A stretch of 64,000 bases of DNA from Mobula hypostoma (taxonomy: Eukaryota). Within the stretch, counting starts at the first letter, position 1, and each line of letters opens with the position of its first letter. Both the position numbers and the translations under genes were made by a program. Shown here one piece after another: positions 12,996 to 25,569 of this stretch. The stretch spans positions 145,826,001 through 145,890,000 of the forward strand of contig NC_086097.1 in assembly GCF_963921235.1 (NCBI RefSeq), written 5' to 3'. Under the pieces are notes generated by a model. That model worked only from the letters and a program-made list of their open reading frames with translations. It made no database searches and had not been told where the DNA came from.

Positions 12996-14526
12996 CTCTC
13001 CACTTCTGATCCCTCTATGACGATTGGTTCATGTTCCCTCATCTTACCCTTCCTGAAGTCCACGATCAGTTCTTTTGTCTTATTGACATTGAGTGCAAGA
13101 TTGTTGCTGCAAACACCACTCAGCTAGCTGGTCTACCTCGCTCCTGTAGGCCCTCTCGTCTCCGTCTGAGATTCTACCAACAATGGCTGCACCATCAGCA
13201 AATTTATAGATGGTATTTGAGATGTATCTAGCCACACAGTCGTGGGTATAGAAGGAGTAATGCAGTGGGCTAAGCATATACCACTGGGGCTGTGAGGCAG
13301 CATTTCTGCTAGTTACACTACTGTGTCAACTCTTATTTATGTATCCTAATGTGAGTTTGGGCGTGGGTGATTGCCGTTTGACTGGTTGCTACAAGAGCCA
13401 TCTGCACCCCCCCCCCCACACACACACACCATGTGCACCTTTGACTCTGAAAGTAAAAGATAAATTAATGCACCCTGACATACAAAAAGCTTTTTTTTAA
13501 AGCATTTTCTCAGGGAGTGTCATTATGCTGCTTATCTCTCCTGAAATACATCCTCCCCTGACTGTGTAACATACATTTCAGAAATACCCATAAGTGGAGC
13601 CACCAGCAGAAAGAACAACCTCAGGAAATGATGACAAGAGTCTTTGCTGATAACAGGAGTTTAAACGCAACATCATTTACTGGCTGAATACATTTCACAC
13701 TGGCAAATATTTCCTGCTACATGTACAGAATTTCAACAGCCTGTTTAGTGCAGGGTGCTGCGCTGTTTGCACTTTTGCTTCTAGAAATTATGGGTTTATG
13801 TGTTCACCTCAGGACTTGAGTTCATAATGATTTCTGTGCTGTGAAGTAGACTGCCTGAAAAGGGGGTGGAAATTGGATAGACACTCAAAATAGAAACATT
13901 TGCAGGATACTGGAGAATATAGCACAGGATGAAAATGATTTCGTTATCTCTTTCACAGAAGCAGCATGGCTAGATAACCTCCTTCTGTTACTTGAGGCTG
14001 TACGATTCTTTTTCAGTCTGGTATTCATAAGTACAGCACCGTGGAGTCATTGACTCACTGGAGGGAGATGTTTTTGCTCAGGTCACCAGAATATGCTGTT
14101 TTAATAGCACCTTATGCCTGGAATGTTGGCTATTTTCTGTTATCAATAAGGGCCTGTCTATCATTTTTACCTCGTTGGTTAGTGTAATGAGGTAAGAAAG
14201 AGAATGCATCTCTGAATTGAGGGTGGGAATGGATCTAGAACATTTGAACTTGTAATGAAGCTGTAACTAAGCCATTCGGCAGTGATTTTAGGAATTATCT
14301 CAAAGTTGCATACTTAGCACCCTAATGTCTTTATTCCAGAGCCACAAAGTTTGCATTCCTAGGGAAAAGTGCCAGGACGATGTTCCCCAAATGAGGGTCA
14401 AGCACTTGGATTACATAGCCAGTGGAAAGATTGCTCATGTTGATGGAGCAAGTTAGTGAAATTACCATATTTGGAAGTTCTTAAAATCTGAATCCCTTGT
14501 GTATGATGTCTGCAGTGGTAGCATCT

Positions 14527-15622
14527 AATGTTCAATGTTCAAAGTAAATTTATTATCAAAGTACGAGGGGTGATTGATAAGTTCGTGGCCTAAGGTAGAA
14601 GGAGTCAATTTTAGAAAACTTAGTACATTTATTTTTCAACATAGTCCCCTCATACATTTACACAGTTAGTCCAGCAGTCATGGAGCATACGGATCTTGGA
14701 CCTCCAGAAAGTGCCTTCAGCAGGGATGATTGATAAGTTTGTGGCCTAAGATAGGAGGAGATGAGTTATACAACTCTCGTTACATGCACATGCAGGTCAA
14801 CTCTTTGAGTGATTATGCAGAAAGTTTGAAGTTAATAACTCATCTCCTTCTACCTTAGGCCACGAACTTATCAATCATCCCTGATGAGTTATTAACTTCA
14901 AACTTTCTGCATAATCAGAGTTGAACTGCATGTGCATGTAATGAAAGCTGCATAACTCATTTCCTTCTACCTTAGGCCACAAACTTATCAATCACCCCTC
15001 ATACATGTATCACCATATATAACCCCGAGATTCATTTTCTTATGGGCATACTCAGTAAATCCAAGAACTATATTAGAATCAATGAAAGACCGCGCACAAA
15101 GGACAGACAAGCAACCAATGTGCAAAAGACACCAGACTATGCAAATACAAAAGGAAAAAAGAAATAATAACAATAAATAAATAAACAATAAATACCGAGA
15201 ATATGAGATAAAGAGTCCTTGAAAGTGAGTCCATAGTTTGTGGGAACAGTCAATGATGGTGCAGGTAAAGTTGAGTGAAGTTGTCCCACCGGTTCAAGAA
15301 CTTGAGGGGTAATAACTGTTCCTGAACCTGGTGGTGCTGGTCTTGAGGCTCCTGTACTTTCTTCCTGAAGGCAGCAGTGAGAAGAGATGGGAGGTGGGAG
15401 TCCCTGATGATAGATGCTGCTTTCCTGCAACAGCACTTCATGTAGATATGCTTAATGGTGGCGAGGGCTTTAAGGATGATGGACTGGCTGTATCCACTGC
15501 TTTTTGTGGGATTTTCTATTCAAGAGCATTGGTGTTTTCAGACCAGGCCATGATGCAATCAGGCAATATACTCTCTGCCACACATCTGTAGAAGTTTGTC
15601 AAAGTTTTAGATGTCATGCTAG
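14527..15622 (-). mobile_element. Rex1/Babar LINE 3' fragment interrupted by a mariner MITE
   Basis: Same tail and UTR as 4299-4976; ORF 15250..15441(-) KAASIIRDSH. Confidence 0.8.
14564..15001. mobile_element. Mariner-type MITE with internally duplicated TIRs
   Basis: TA flanks (14562-14563 / 15002-15003); ~39-bp TIR CGAGGGGTGATTGATAAGTTCGTGGCCTAAGGTAGAAGG; second TIR pair 14721-14883. Confidence 0.88.
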
Positions 15623-16004
15623 GTCCTCTGAAATGGTAACACTGAGGATCATACGCTACTTTTGGACTTCATACTTTCTGTATGGATTTAATCACTTAAT
15701 GCAGTTTCTCGGAGCTGTGCTATGACTTGGCCAAATCACACGTGTTTTCTAGAAAAGTTTTGGTGGTGTGACAGAAGCAGTGTAGAGTAAATAAGCTCTA
15801 ATTCCCTACCTTCTAATCCTGAAAGCAATAACTCATCCTGAGGAAAAGTTTCATTAATACCAAATGACATACAGTTCTCCAGCCAGTGGTCTGGTAATTA
15901 CTTGGAACTAAACTGAGCTGTTCTCATGTTTGGAATCATACTTAATCCCCAAATCTCTGGAAGTCAGGGTCATATAAAATGTTGGGATACATGATGAACT
16001 TTTT

Positions 16005-17095
16005 TTCAAGTTTACATTAAAGTTTATTCTCATTCTCTGTACACATATATACAGTTAAACAAAACAACTTTCCTCAAGGGCCAAAGTGCAAACCACAGTA
16101 TCTATATCACATACAGCACAGAAAATATACACTCAGTAGTAACTTACTCAGGTATCTCCTAATAAAGTGGCCAGTGAGTGCATGTTTGTGGTTTTCTGCT
16201 GTGTGACCCATCCACTTCAAGTTTCAACAAGTTGTGTGTTCAGAGGTGCTGTTCTTCACAGCACTGTTGTAATATGTGGTTACTTGAGTTACTGTGGCCT
16301 TCCTGTCAACTGGAACCAGTCTGGACATTTTTCTCTGACCTCTGTCATTAACAAAGTGTTTTTGTCCACAGAACTGCTGCTCACTGGATGCTTTTTGTCT
16401 TTCGCACTATTCTCTGTAAACTCTAGAAACGGTTGAGCCTGAAAATCCCAGGAGATCAGCAGTTTCTGAGATACTAAGACCAATCCGCCTGGCAACAACA
16501 ATTATTCCACGGTCAATGCCACTTAGATGACATTTCTTTCCCATTCTGATGTTTGGTCTGTTCAACAACTGGACCTTTTGAGCTACTGCTACATGATTGC
16601 CTCATTAGATATTTGCATTAATGAGCAGGTGTGCAGGTGTACTTAATGTGGTAGCCACTGAGTGTAGTTAAATATACAACAGTATACTGCTACTGGTGCT
16701 GCCGTAAACAATGTGTACTGGATGGTAGCAGGGTGTTCAGTGTCTCACAGCCTGAGGGAAGATGCTATTACCCAGATTAACAGCCCTTGTCTTATACTAT
16801 GATGCCTTCTGCCTGACCTAAGAGGTCAAAGAGATTGTGGGACAGATGGGAGAGGTCCATGACAATGCGGAGGGCTCTGTGAACACTGCACTTCTGGTAT
16901 ATGTCCTGGACTGGGGAGGAAAGAGAGACCACAATGATTCTCTCAGCAGTCCTCACAATCTGTTGCAGGTAGTTGTGGTCAGATGCCTTGCAATTCCCAC
17001 ACCAGATAATGATACAGCTGGTCTGAACATGCTCAATGGTGCTCCGGTAGAATGGGACTAGAATGCAGGTGGGGAGCCTTGCTTGTCTCAATCTC
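16005..17095 (-). mobile_element. Rex1/Babar LINE 3' fragment interrupted by a Tc1 element
   Basis: ORF 16792..17226(-) FYRSTIE..SCIIIWCGNC..LQQIVRTAERII. Confidence 0.75.
16130..16664 (-). mobile_element. Non-autonomous Tc1-like DNA transposon
   Basis: TA|CACTCAGT...ACTGAGTG|TA termini; minus-strand remnant of a Tc1 transposase N-terminus (ISETADLLGFS..SRVYRE-like). Confidence 0.8.
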
Positions 17096-17096
17096 C

Positions 17097-19457
17097 ATAA
17101 GACCATATGACAAAAGAGCAAAATTAGTCCATTCAGCCAATGGAGTCTATCCCGCCATTCTGTCGTGGCTGATTTATTATCCCTCTCAATTCCATTCACC
17201 TGCCTTCTCCCTGTAACCTTTAACACCCTGATTAATCAAAACCTTATCAACCTCTGCTTTAAGTATATCCAAAGACATAGCCTCCACTGCCATCTGTGGC
17301 AATGAATTCCATAGATTACCTCCTTCTGGCTAAAGAAATTCCTCCTCATCTCTTTCTAAATAGATTTTCCTCTATTCTGAGGCTGTGCTCTCTGGTTTTA
17401 GAATCCCCCACTACAGGAAACAATCTCTCCACTTCCATTATATCTAGGCCTGTCAATATTTGATAGCTTTCAATGAGATCCCCCTCATTCTTCTAAACTC
17501 CAGTGAGTACAGGCCCAGAGCCATGAAACACCCCTCATATATTCACCCTGTCGTTCACCTCTGGACCCTCTCAATGCCAGAACATTTTTTCTTAGATGAG
17601 GAGTCTAGAACTGTTCACGGTAAAAAGTGCAGTCTGACCAGTGCCTTATAAAACCTCAGCATTATATCCTCACTTTTATATTCCAGTCCTCTTGAAATGA
17701 ATGCTTTTGCCTTCCTTACCACTGACTCAACCTGTAAGTTAACCTTTGGAAAGTCCTGCACGAGCACTCCAAGTCCCTTTGCACCTCTGATTTTTGAACT
17801 TACTCCCCATTTAGAAGATGGTCCACACCTTTATACCTTCCATCCAAATGTATAATCATACACCCCTAAACTATATTGTATTTTTCACCTTTTTGCCCAT
17901 TCTCCCAATCTGTACTGCCTGCTTCCTCAACACCAGTTGCTCCTCCATCTGTCTTCGTATTGTCTGCAAACCTGGCCACAAAACCATCAATTCTGTCATC
18001 CAAGTCATTGACATATAACGTGAGTAGAAGCAGTCTCAACACTGATTCCTGTGGAACACCACTAGTCACCAGGAACCAAACAGAAAAAGTCCCCTTTATT
18101 TCTTTGTCTCCTGTCAGGCAGTCAATTGTCTATCCATGCTAGAATCTTTCCTGTAATACCACACTCTTTTCTTGTTAGGCAGCCTCATGTGTGGCGCCTT
18201 GTCAACGGTCTTCTGAAAATTCAAGTAAAAAACATCCACTGATTCTCCTGTGTTGATCCCGCTTGTTATTTCCTCAAAATATTCTAACAGATCTGTCAGG
18301 CAAGATTTCCCCCTAAAGAAACTATGCTGACTTTGGTCTATTTTATCATATGCCTCCAACACCTTCCCAGCCACTGAGGTCAGGCTAACTGTTCTATAAT
18401 TTCCTTTCTTCTGCATCCCTCCCTTTTTAAAGAGTGGAGTGACATTTGCAATTTTCCAGTCTGCCAGAACCATTCCAGAATCTAGTGAATCATAAATGAT
18501 TATTACTGATGCCTCTATAACACCCACAGCTACCTCCTTCTGAACCCTGGGCTGCAGTCCATCTGGTCCAGGTGACTTATCTACCTTCAGACCTTTCGAC
18601 TTCCCAATCACCTTCTCCTTAGTAATAGCAACTATACTCACTTCTGTCCTGATATTCTCAAATTTTTGGGATACTGCTAGTTTCTTCTACAGAGGAGACT
18701 GACACAAAATACTTATTAAGTTCGTCTGCCATTTCTTTGTCCCCTATTACTACCTCTCCAGCATCATTTCCAGTGGTCTGATATTGACACTCTCCTTTTT
18801 TACCCTTTATATATCTGAAAAAACTTTTTCTATCCTCTTTTATATTATTGGTTAGCTTATCTTCATATTTCATCTTTTCTTTCCTCATGGCTTTTTAGTT
18901 GCCTTCTGTTGCTTTTTAAAAGCTTCCCAATTCTCTAACTTCCCACAATGTTTTGCAATATTATATGCCCTCTCTTTTGCTTTTATGTTGTTTTTGACTT
19001 CCCTTCGTACCCATGGTTATGACATCCTCCCTTTGGAATACTTCTTCATCTTTGGGATGTATCTATCCTGCACCTTCTGAATTGCTTGCTGATACCCAGA
19101 CATTGCTGTCCTGCCATCATCTCTGCTAGCGTCTCTGTTATTGTGTGAATGAAGTCACTGGAGAAAAGTGCTGGCAGATATGCCCATCATATCAGACCTG
19201 CCAATCCCTAACTGTGCTATAAGATTATCTATCTTATTCAGTGTCCTGCGTGCATTCAAATATAGCACCTTCAGTCCTGTGTTCATCACCCTTTTCGGGT
19301 TGTCCCCATGTTACATTTCACCTCCTCCCACTGACTGCAATTTTGTCCCATTATCAACTTGTCCTTCCTCACAGTGTCACAGCTCACTGCCTCTACTTGT
19401 ACACCAACTGCCCCATCCTCAGGCCTAGTACTCTGGTTCTCATCCCCTGCCAAATCT
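17097..19457 (-). mobile_element. Decayed CR1 LINE (RT plus an upstream remnant)
   Basis: (cataagac) tail; SGVPQESVL..NDLDD..RFADNTK; KSPGPDG..WKIANVTPLFKKG..SCLTDLLEYFEE. Confidence 0.9.
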
Positions 19458-21931
19458 CCTCAGAGTGGAGGTGTTTCCATATTTGATCTCATTACTTTCC
19501 ACTAATTTTTACTTATGTTGAAAATCCAGTGTTGTGGGTGCTTTTTTTGGGAACTTCTTTCATAAGTTTCCCAATTTCTACTTGGCTCAGTGGTGAAAAC
19601 CTCCTCAAAATCCATATTTTTGTCTGTTATTCTTCCACTATACTTTCACATGCAGCATCAAACTATGACTGGGAAAAATATGCCAAGGCTCTGCTGTGAG
19701 GAAAAGGCTTTCTTCATAGCACCCTGCCAATATTTATCTTTTGGTCACTAAAATGAATTAACTGTTCATCATTTCATTGCTCTTTGCGGGATAGTGTACG
19801 AATATTTTTTTAAACGTAATTCATTAGTAGAATTTCATTCAGGAAGGAAAGTGGCTAGTCTTAAAAATTCCCATTTGGGTACTTTTAAAAAAATTACACC
19901 CACTATTTCTCTAGAAAAGGTCGGCACTGGAAATCTTTTGTGTTTTCCCTTCATGTTTCTGAGACCATTAACACTTAGCAATCAGAGAAATCACCCCAGT
20001 CACATCCTTCATCCTAATGATTTGCATAATAGCCCTTCAGTATTCTTTATCACTGTGTGTTCCACTACTGAAAAAAAGGAAGTAATTCTCATTATGGGTT
20101 GGACTCCTATTTCATGAAGTCATCAGAATGGAACCTCACAACATCACAACAGGGGAAAATTCCCAGGCGTAACTCCTGTTTCCTGACAAGCTATGTCTGG
20201 CTACTTTATTCTCCGTTTCTCTGCCATGACAGAGTGGTAGCTGTTCTACCTCTGTACTGTTGGAATCTGTGTTTGAGTCCTGTTCCTGTGACTTGAGCAC
20301 ATATAACACCATTACTTTCACAGTAAATACGGAAAAAAATCCATGAGTTGAAATTCTAATTTGGAAAAATGCCAGTGTTGATGGTATCAGAAAAGATCTG
20401 GCAAGGGTGGACTGGGACAGGCTGTTTTCTGGCGAAGGTGTACTTGGTAAGTGCGAGGCCTTCAAAAGTGAAATTTTGAGAGGACAAATCTTGTACGTAT
20501 GTGCCTGTCAGAATAAAAGGTAAACATAACAGGTTTAGGGAACCTTGGTTTGCAAGAGATATTGCGGCCTTGGTTAAGAAAAAAAAAGGAGATGCATAGC
20601 AGGTAGGAACAAATGAGGTGCCTGAAGTGTACAAGAAATGCAAGAGAACACCTAAAAAATAAATCAGGAGGACTAAAGGAAGGCATGAGGCTGCTCTAGC
20701 AGACAAGGTGAAGCAGATTCTGAAGGGATTCTGCAGATATGTTAAGAGCAGAAGGATTGAACCTCTGGAACGTCAGAATGGCAATCTATGCGTGGAGCCA
20801 AAAGAGAAGGGGGAGATCTTAAATGGATTATTTGCATCAGTGTTTACTCACAAGAAGGACACAGAGTCTACAGAAGTGAGGTAAAGCAGCAGTGAGGTCA
20901 TGGACCCTCTACAGATTACTGAGGAGGAGGTGTTTGCTGTCATAAAGGCAAATTAAGGTGGATAAAAGCCCAGGGCCTGCCAAGGTGTTCCCTCAGATCT
21001 GTGGGAGGCAAGTGGAAAAATTGCAGGGGCCGTAGCAGAGATATTTAAATCATCCTTAGTGACATTGAGATACTGGAGTATTGGAGGATAGCTAAAGTTG
21101 TTCAGCTGCTTTAAGAAGGGCACTTAAAAAAAAGCAGGAAACTATAGGCCGGTGAGCCTGACATCAGTTGGGAAAGTTATTGGAAGGTATTCTAAGAGAC
21201 CGGATATATGAGTATTTGGATAGACATGTACTGATTACCAATAGTTAGCATGGCTTTGTGTGTGGTTAGTCTTGTCTAACCAATCTTATTGAGCTTTCAA
21301 GTTAACAGGAAAGTTGATGAAGGCAAGGCAATGAATGTTGTTTACATGGACTTCAGCAAGGCTTTTGACAAGATCCTGCATGGGAGGTTGGTCAAGAAGG
21401 TTCAGTCGCTCGGCATTCAAGTTGAGGTGTTAATTTGAATTAGACATTTTCTTGATGGGAGAAGCCGAAGTATGGTAGTAGATGGTTGCCTCTCTGACTA
21501 AATGTCTATGACTAGTCATGAGCTTCAGGGATTGGTACTAGGTCCATTGTTGTTTGTTATCTATATCAATGATCTGAGTGATAATGTGGTTAACTGGATC
21601 AGCAAATTTGTGGATGACACAAAGAGTGGGGGTGTAGTGGACTGTGAGGAAGACTATCAGAGCTTGCAACCAGATCAGGACCAGCTGGAAAAATGGGCTA
21701 AAAAATGGCAGATGAAATTTAATGCAGACAATTGCAAGATGTTGCACTTCAGTAGGACCAAGCAGGGTAGGTTTAAACACAGTGAACGGTAGGGCACTGA
21801 GGAGTGTGGTAGAACAAAGGGATCTGGGAATACTGGTCCATAAGTCATTGAAAGTGACGTAAAGGTGGATAGGGTCATAAAGAAAGCTTTTGGTATGTCT
21901 CCCTTCATAAATCAAAGTATAAGAGATGGGA

Positions 21932-22714
21932 TCAAGTTAAGTCAAGTTTATTGTCATTTTGACCATAAGCTGCTGGTACAGTACACAGTAAAAATGAAAC
22001 AACGTTCCTCCAGGACCCTGGTACTACATGAAACAACACAAAACCACACTAGACTATGTGAGACAGCACAAGGTTACATTAGATTACGTAAAACAACATA
22101 AAAACTGCACTAGACTACAGACCTGCACAAAACAGTGCAGGGCAGTACAATAATTAATAAACAAGACAATAGGCACAGTAGAGGACAAATTACAATATAA
22201 TAATAAATGATGTAGATGTCAGTCTAGACTCTGAGTATTGAGGAATCTGATAGCTTGGGGGAAGAAACTGTTGCACAGTCTGGTTGTGAGAGCCTGAATA
22301 CTTCAGTACCTTTTGCCAGATGGCAGGAGGGAGAAGAGTTTGTGTGAGGGGTGTGTGGGGTCCTTCACAATACTGTTAGCTTTGCGGGTGCAGCGTGTGG
22401 TGTAAATGTCTATAATAGCAGGAAGAGAGACCCCGATAATCTTAGCTGACCTCACTATCTGCTGCAGGGTCTTGAGATTCGAGATGGTGCAATTCCTGAA
22501 CCAGGCAGTGATGCAGCTGCTCAGGATGCTCTCAATACATCCTCTGTAGAATGTGGTGAGGATGGGGGAGTGGGGTGGAAGATGGTCTTTTCTCAGCCAT
22601 TGCAGAGAGTAGAGATACTGCTGGGCTTCCTTGGCTATGGAGCTGGTGTTGAGGGACCAGGTGAGATTGTCCGCCAGGTGAACACCAAGATATTTGGTGC
22701 TCTTAACGATCTCA
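21932..22714 (-). mobile_element. Rex1/Babar LINE 3' fragment inserted in CR1
   Basis: caagttaagtcaagtttattg tail; antisense LLPSGKRY-type region; the CR1 resumes at ~22715. Confidence 0.8.
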
Positions 22715-22742
22715 ATATTATGTTGAAGATGTATAAGACATT

Positions 22743-22945
22743 TTGTTGTTCCTTTTCATGCCTTGTGTCACATTGGGCAGGATTTTTGCTGTTTCCGTAG
22801 CATTTGATTGTTCCTTAAGAGGCTGAATTGCTAGCTCCCTGCTAAACTCAGCACGGATGGAAAGCGTCAAGGAGCCAGCTGGATTTGAGCTTGGGACCAG
22901 TCACCTCAAAGTCTGGTGTTGATGCCTCAGCATCACCAGCTGGCC
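22743..22945 (-). mobile_element. tRNA-derived SINE inserted in CR1
   Basis: Minus-strand head ggccagctggtg...agctcaaatcc (degenerate A/B boxes); 13-bp TSD tgtataagacatt / tgtttaagatatt (22730-22742 / 22946-22958). Confidence 0.65.
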
Positions 22946-23794
22946 TGTTTAAGATATTGGTGTAGCTTAATTTGAAGTATTATGTGCAGTTTTGGTCACC
23001 TACATACAGGAAAGATATAAATAAGATCGAAAGAGTACCGAGAAAAATTACAAGAATGTTGCCAGTATGGAGGACCTAAGTTACATGGAAAGACTGAATG
23101 AATTAGGACTTTATTCCTTGGAACATAGAAGACTGAGAGGAGATTTGATAGAGGTATACAAAATAATGAGGGACACAGACAGGATAAATGCAAGCAGGCT
23201 TTTTCCACTGAGGTTGGGTGTGACTGTGACTGGAAGTCATGGGTTAAGGATGAAATGTGAAAAGTTTAAGGAGATCATGGAGGGAAACTTCTTCGCTCAG
23301 AAGGTTGCAGAGTGTGGAATGAGCTGCCTGTGCAAGTGGTGCATGTGAGCTTGATTTCAACGTTTAAGAGAAGCTTGGATAGGTACATGGACGGTAGTAG
23401 TATGGAGCACTATGGTCTGGGTGCAGGTTGATGGGAGTAGGCATTTTAAATAGGTCGGCATGGACTAGATGGGCCAAAGAGCCCACTTCTGTGCTGTACT
23501 TTTCTATGACTCTAATACTTTATGATTTCTGGTTAACATCTCTTAACCTGAGGTACTGTTGGGTGGAAAGTCTTTCAAAAAGGATGTTAAAAGTGAGGAG
23601 TTTCATCTGTACAGGGGAGTTACTCCTGTTATCACAGCCATTTGTGAAATTCTGTACATAGTTTAGGCTGTCTATATGTAAGGGAGAGGCTGTTCTTTTC
23701 CTCCTTGCTCCTACTGATGACACCAGATCCTGCCAAAGTCAGAGTCAAACAGAGATATAGCGTGGATTTGATGCATATTGTCCAGTGAGTACAC

Positions 23795-24066
23795 ACTGAC
23801 CACCAAGCACGCATTTACACTAATTCCAACCTAACTTCTTTTATTCTCTCCACATTCCCGTGAGTGTCCCCCTCCCTCAGATTCCACCATTTATCTTCAA
23901 GTAAGGAGCAATTTACAATCAACCTGCTATCTTTTGGCATGTGGAAAAAAAATTGGAGCAACCAGAGGAAACCCAAGTGGTAACAAAGAGATTGTGCAAA
24001 TTCCACAGAGACAACACTGGAGATTGGTATGAGGCAGCAGCTCTATTTAGTGTCTCCTTGTGTCAC
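23795..24066 (-). mobile_element. HE1-type V-SINE
   Basis: V-domain ggagcaaccagaggaaaccca..gtgcaaattccacagagaca. Confidence 0.7.
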
Positions 24067-25569
24067 TCGTTTTCTTAGGTGCCAACCACACTTTGGTTGA
24101 ATGTGCCAAAATGCATGGTTATTCTGTGAGCTCAATGATGAATTTTATTAAGCAGGTTAATGCTGTTATTGAGTGGGCTGTGGCAAGCTTCAAGGTTCAT
24201 ATTCAAGTTTAATTGTCATTCAACCATACATGAGTACCCGTGAATACAGCCAAATAAGACTCCAATATTGCATACTCCAATTAAACTAGAAAGGAAAAAT
24301 AAGGGAAAAAGCTATTCAGGTTTGATTTCATTTCTACGTACTTCAGGCTGAATCATTGTGATGATATAAGGAACAAGAAACAGGATTTTTTTTTCTCTTT
24401 CTTTCACATTCCAATTTTACTAGAAAAACGTTTTACCACATTTATACTATTCAAGTATATATATATATTTCACATTTGTATATTCATTTAACATCTAAAA
24501 CCCTTCAATAACTAAGGAAATAAAGCACTCACAATTTGAAAAGCATTCTTACACTTGCTTCTTGTTAAAGTTTACATGTGTCACCTGTGCAAAAAATAGG
24601 TATTTAGATCACATAGCTACTGACTACATCAAAATCAAAAATGCAATTAGCTTCACCTGGAATTCCAATTAGCTACAAGTGGCTGGTGATCTGTATATCG
24701 AGCAACACTACCTTAAACTATTCAGGGCATTGACATAATGTGGCTTGTTCCTGTTTGATCGCCTTCTGTAAACTGGCTCAGTTTTTGATAAAGCCTCCTT
24801 TCTTCTTGCAGCTTTTGCTTGCAAAGCGTGAACAAATAATTTAATCTAATCGGGTCAGCACATGTCAGCATAATTCCAGGAAGGCTCTTAGTGAACAGAC
24901 TTTCAAGCAACCAAATTATTTTTTAATGACTCTGGGCAAACACCACCAGTCAAATCTATGGATGCAGACCTGAATTGTGCTTTATTAAAGGATAGCTTTG
25001 TACAGAGCAACAGGTGCCGGGTTCAACCCCTGAGCTGTGTTTAGTTATGCTGCTTTTATGTTGGTACTGTTTTAATTTGGATTCCAGATGTTTATGTTAT
25101 AAACTTCAGCTGCCTTATCCTGATTGTGAGACCACAATAAAGTTGGGTGCATTGTCAGGTGCTCACAGTAAGCAGCCTGGATTTATGAGCATAAATGCCT
25201 AATGACAAGATGGTAAGCCATTCAGAATCCAGAGTAAAGCAAGACTGTTTTAGTGTGATATATTTCAACTGCATTAATACAGATATAACATTGAACTTTA
25301 GAAGGACGCCTGGCTAGGAAGTAATGCTCACAGATCAGGAAAGTTTCAGCTGGGATTCACTAGTGAGTTTTATGTTTCTGAATCTGTATGTCATTCCAGA
25401 GACTTGAGATGGAATCCATGCTGTAAATGGACCATGGTATCTAAGGTGCCATCTTTTCGGTGACTGTTGATCTTGACAAATGAGTATAAAAACCCAAATG
25501 CACCATTTAAAACAAAAGAGCAAAATCAATCTCTCAACACACATCAAAGTGTTTGCATTTTAAAAATCA

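Larger units (their letters stand above)
9941..13280 (-). mobile_element. Rex1/Babar LINE split into 9941-10551 and 12996-13280
   Basis: (agaatc)n tail at 9942; RT motif LSPLHYSFYTHDC..IYKFAD in ORF 13080..13277(-). Confidence 0.85.
9833..13330 (-). mobile_element. HE1-type V-SINE split into 9833-9932 and 13283-13330
   Basis: V-domain tgtgggaggaaaccagagcacccagagg on the left; the tRNA-derived head ctggggctgtgaggcagc resumes on the right. Confidence 0.65.
20293..23515 (+). mobile_element. Decayed CR1 LINE ORF2 to 3' end, interrupted twice
   Basis: RT QGLVLGPLLFVIYINDL..SKFVDDTK; C-terminus RRLRGDLIEVYKIM; 3' tail ctgtgctgtacttttctatgactcta. Confidence 0.9.

Noticed and set aside
14017..14191. 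Exon between a tttttcag acceptor and a GAG|gtaaga donor
   Set aside because: The one long frame stops just before the donor.
14564..15001. CRISPR-like or satellite array
   Set aside because: The repeats are inverted TIRs with TA flanks, not direct repeats with unique spacers, and the context is eukaryotic.
22743..22945. tRNA gene
   Set aside because: Only a degenerate tRNA-like head with a SINE body and a TSD; no cloverleaf.
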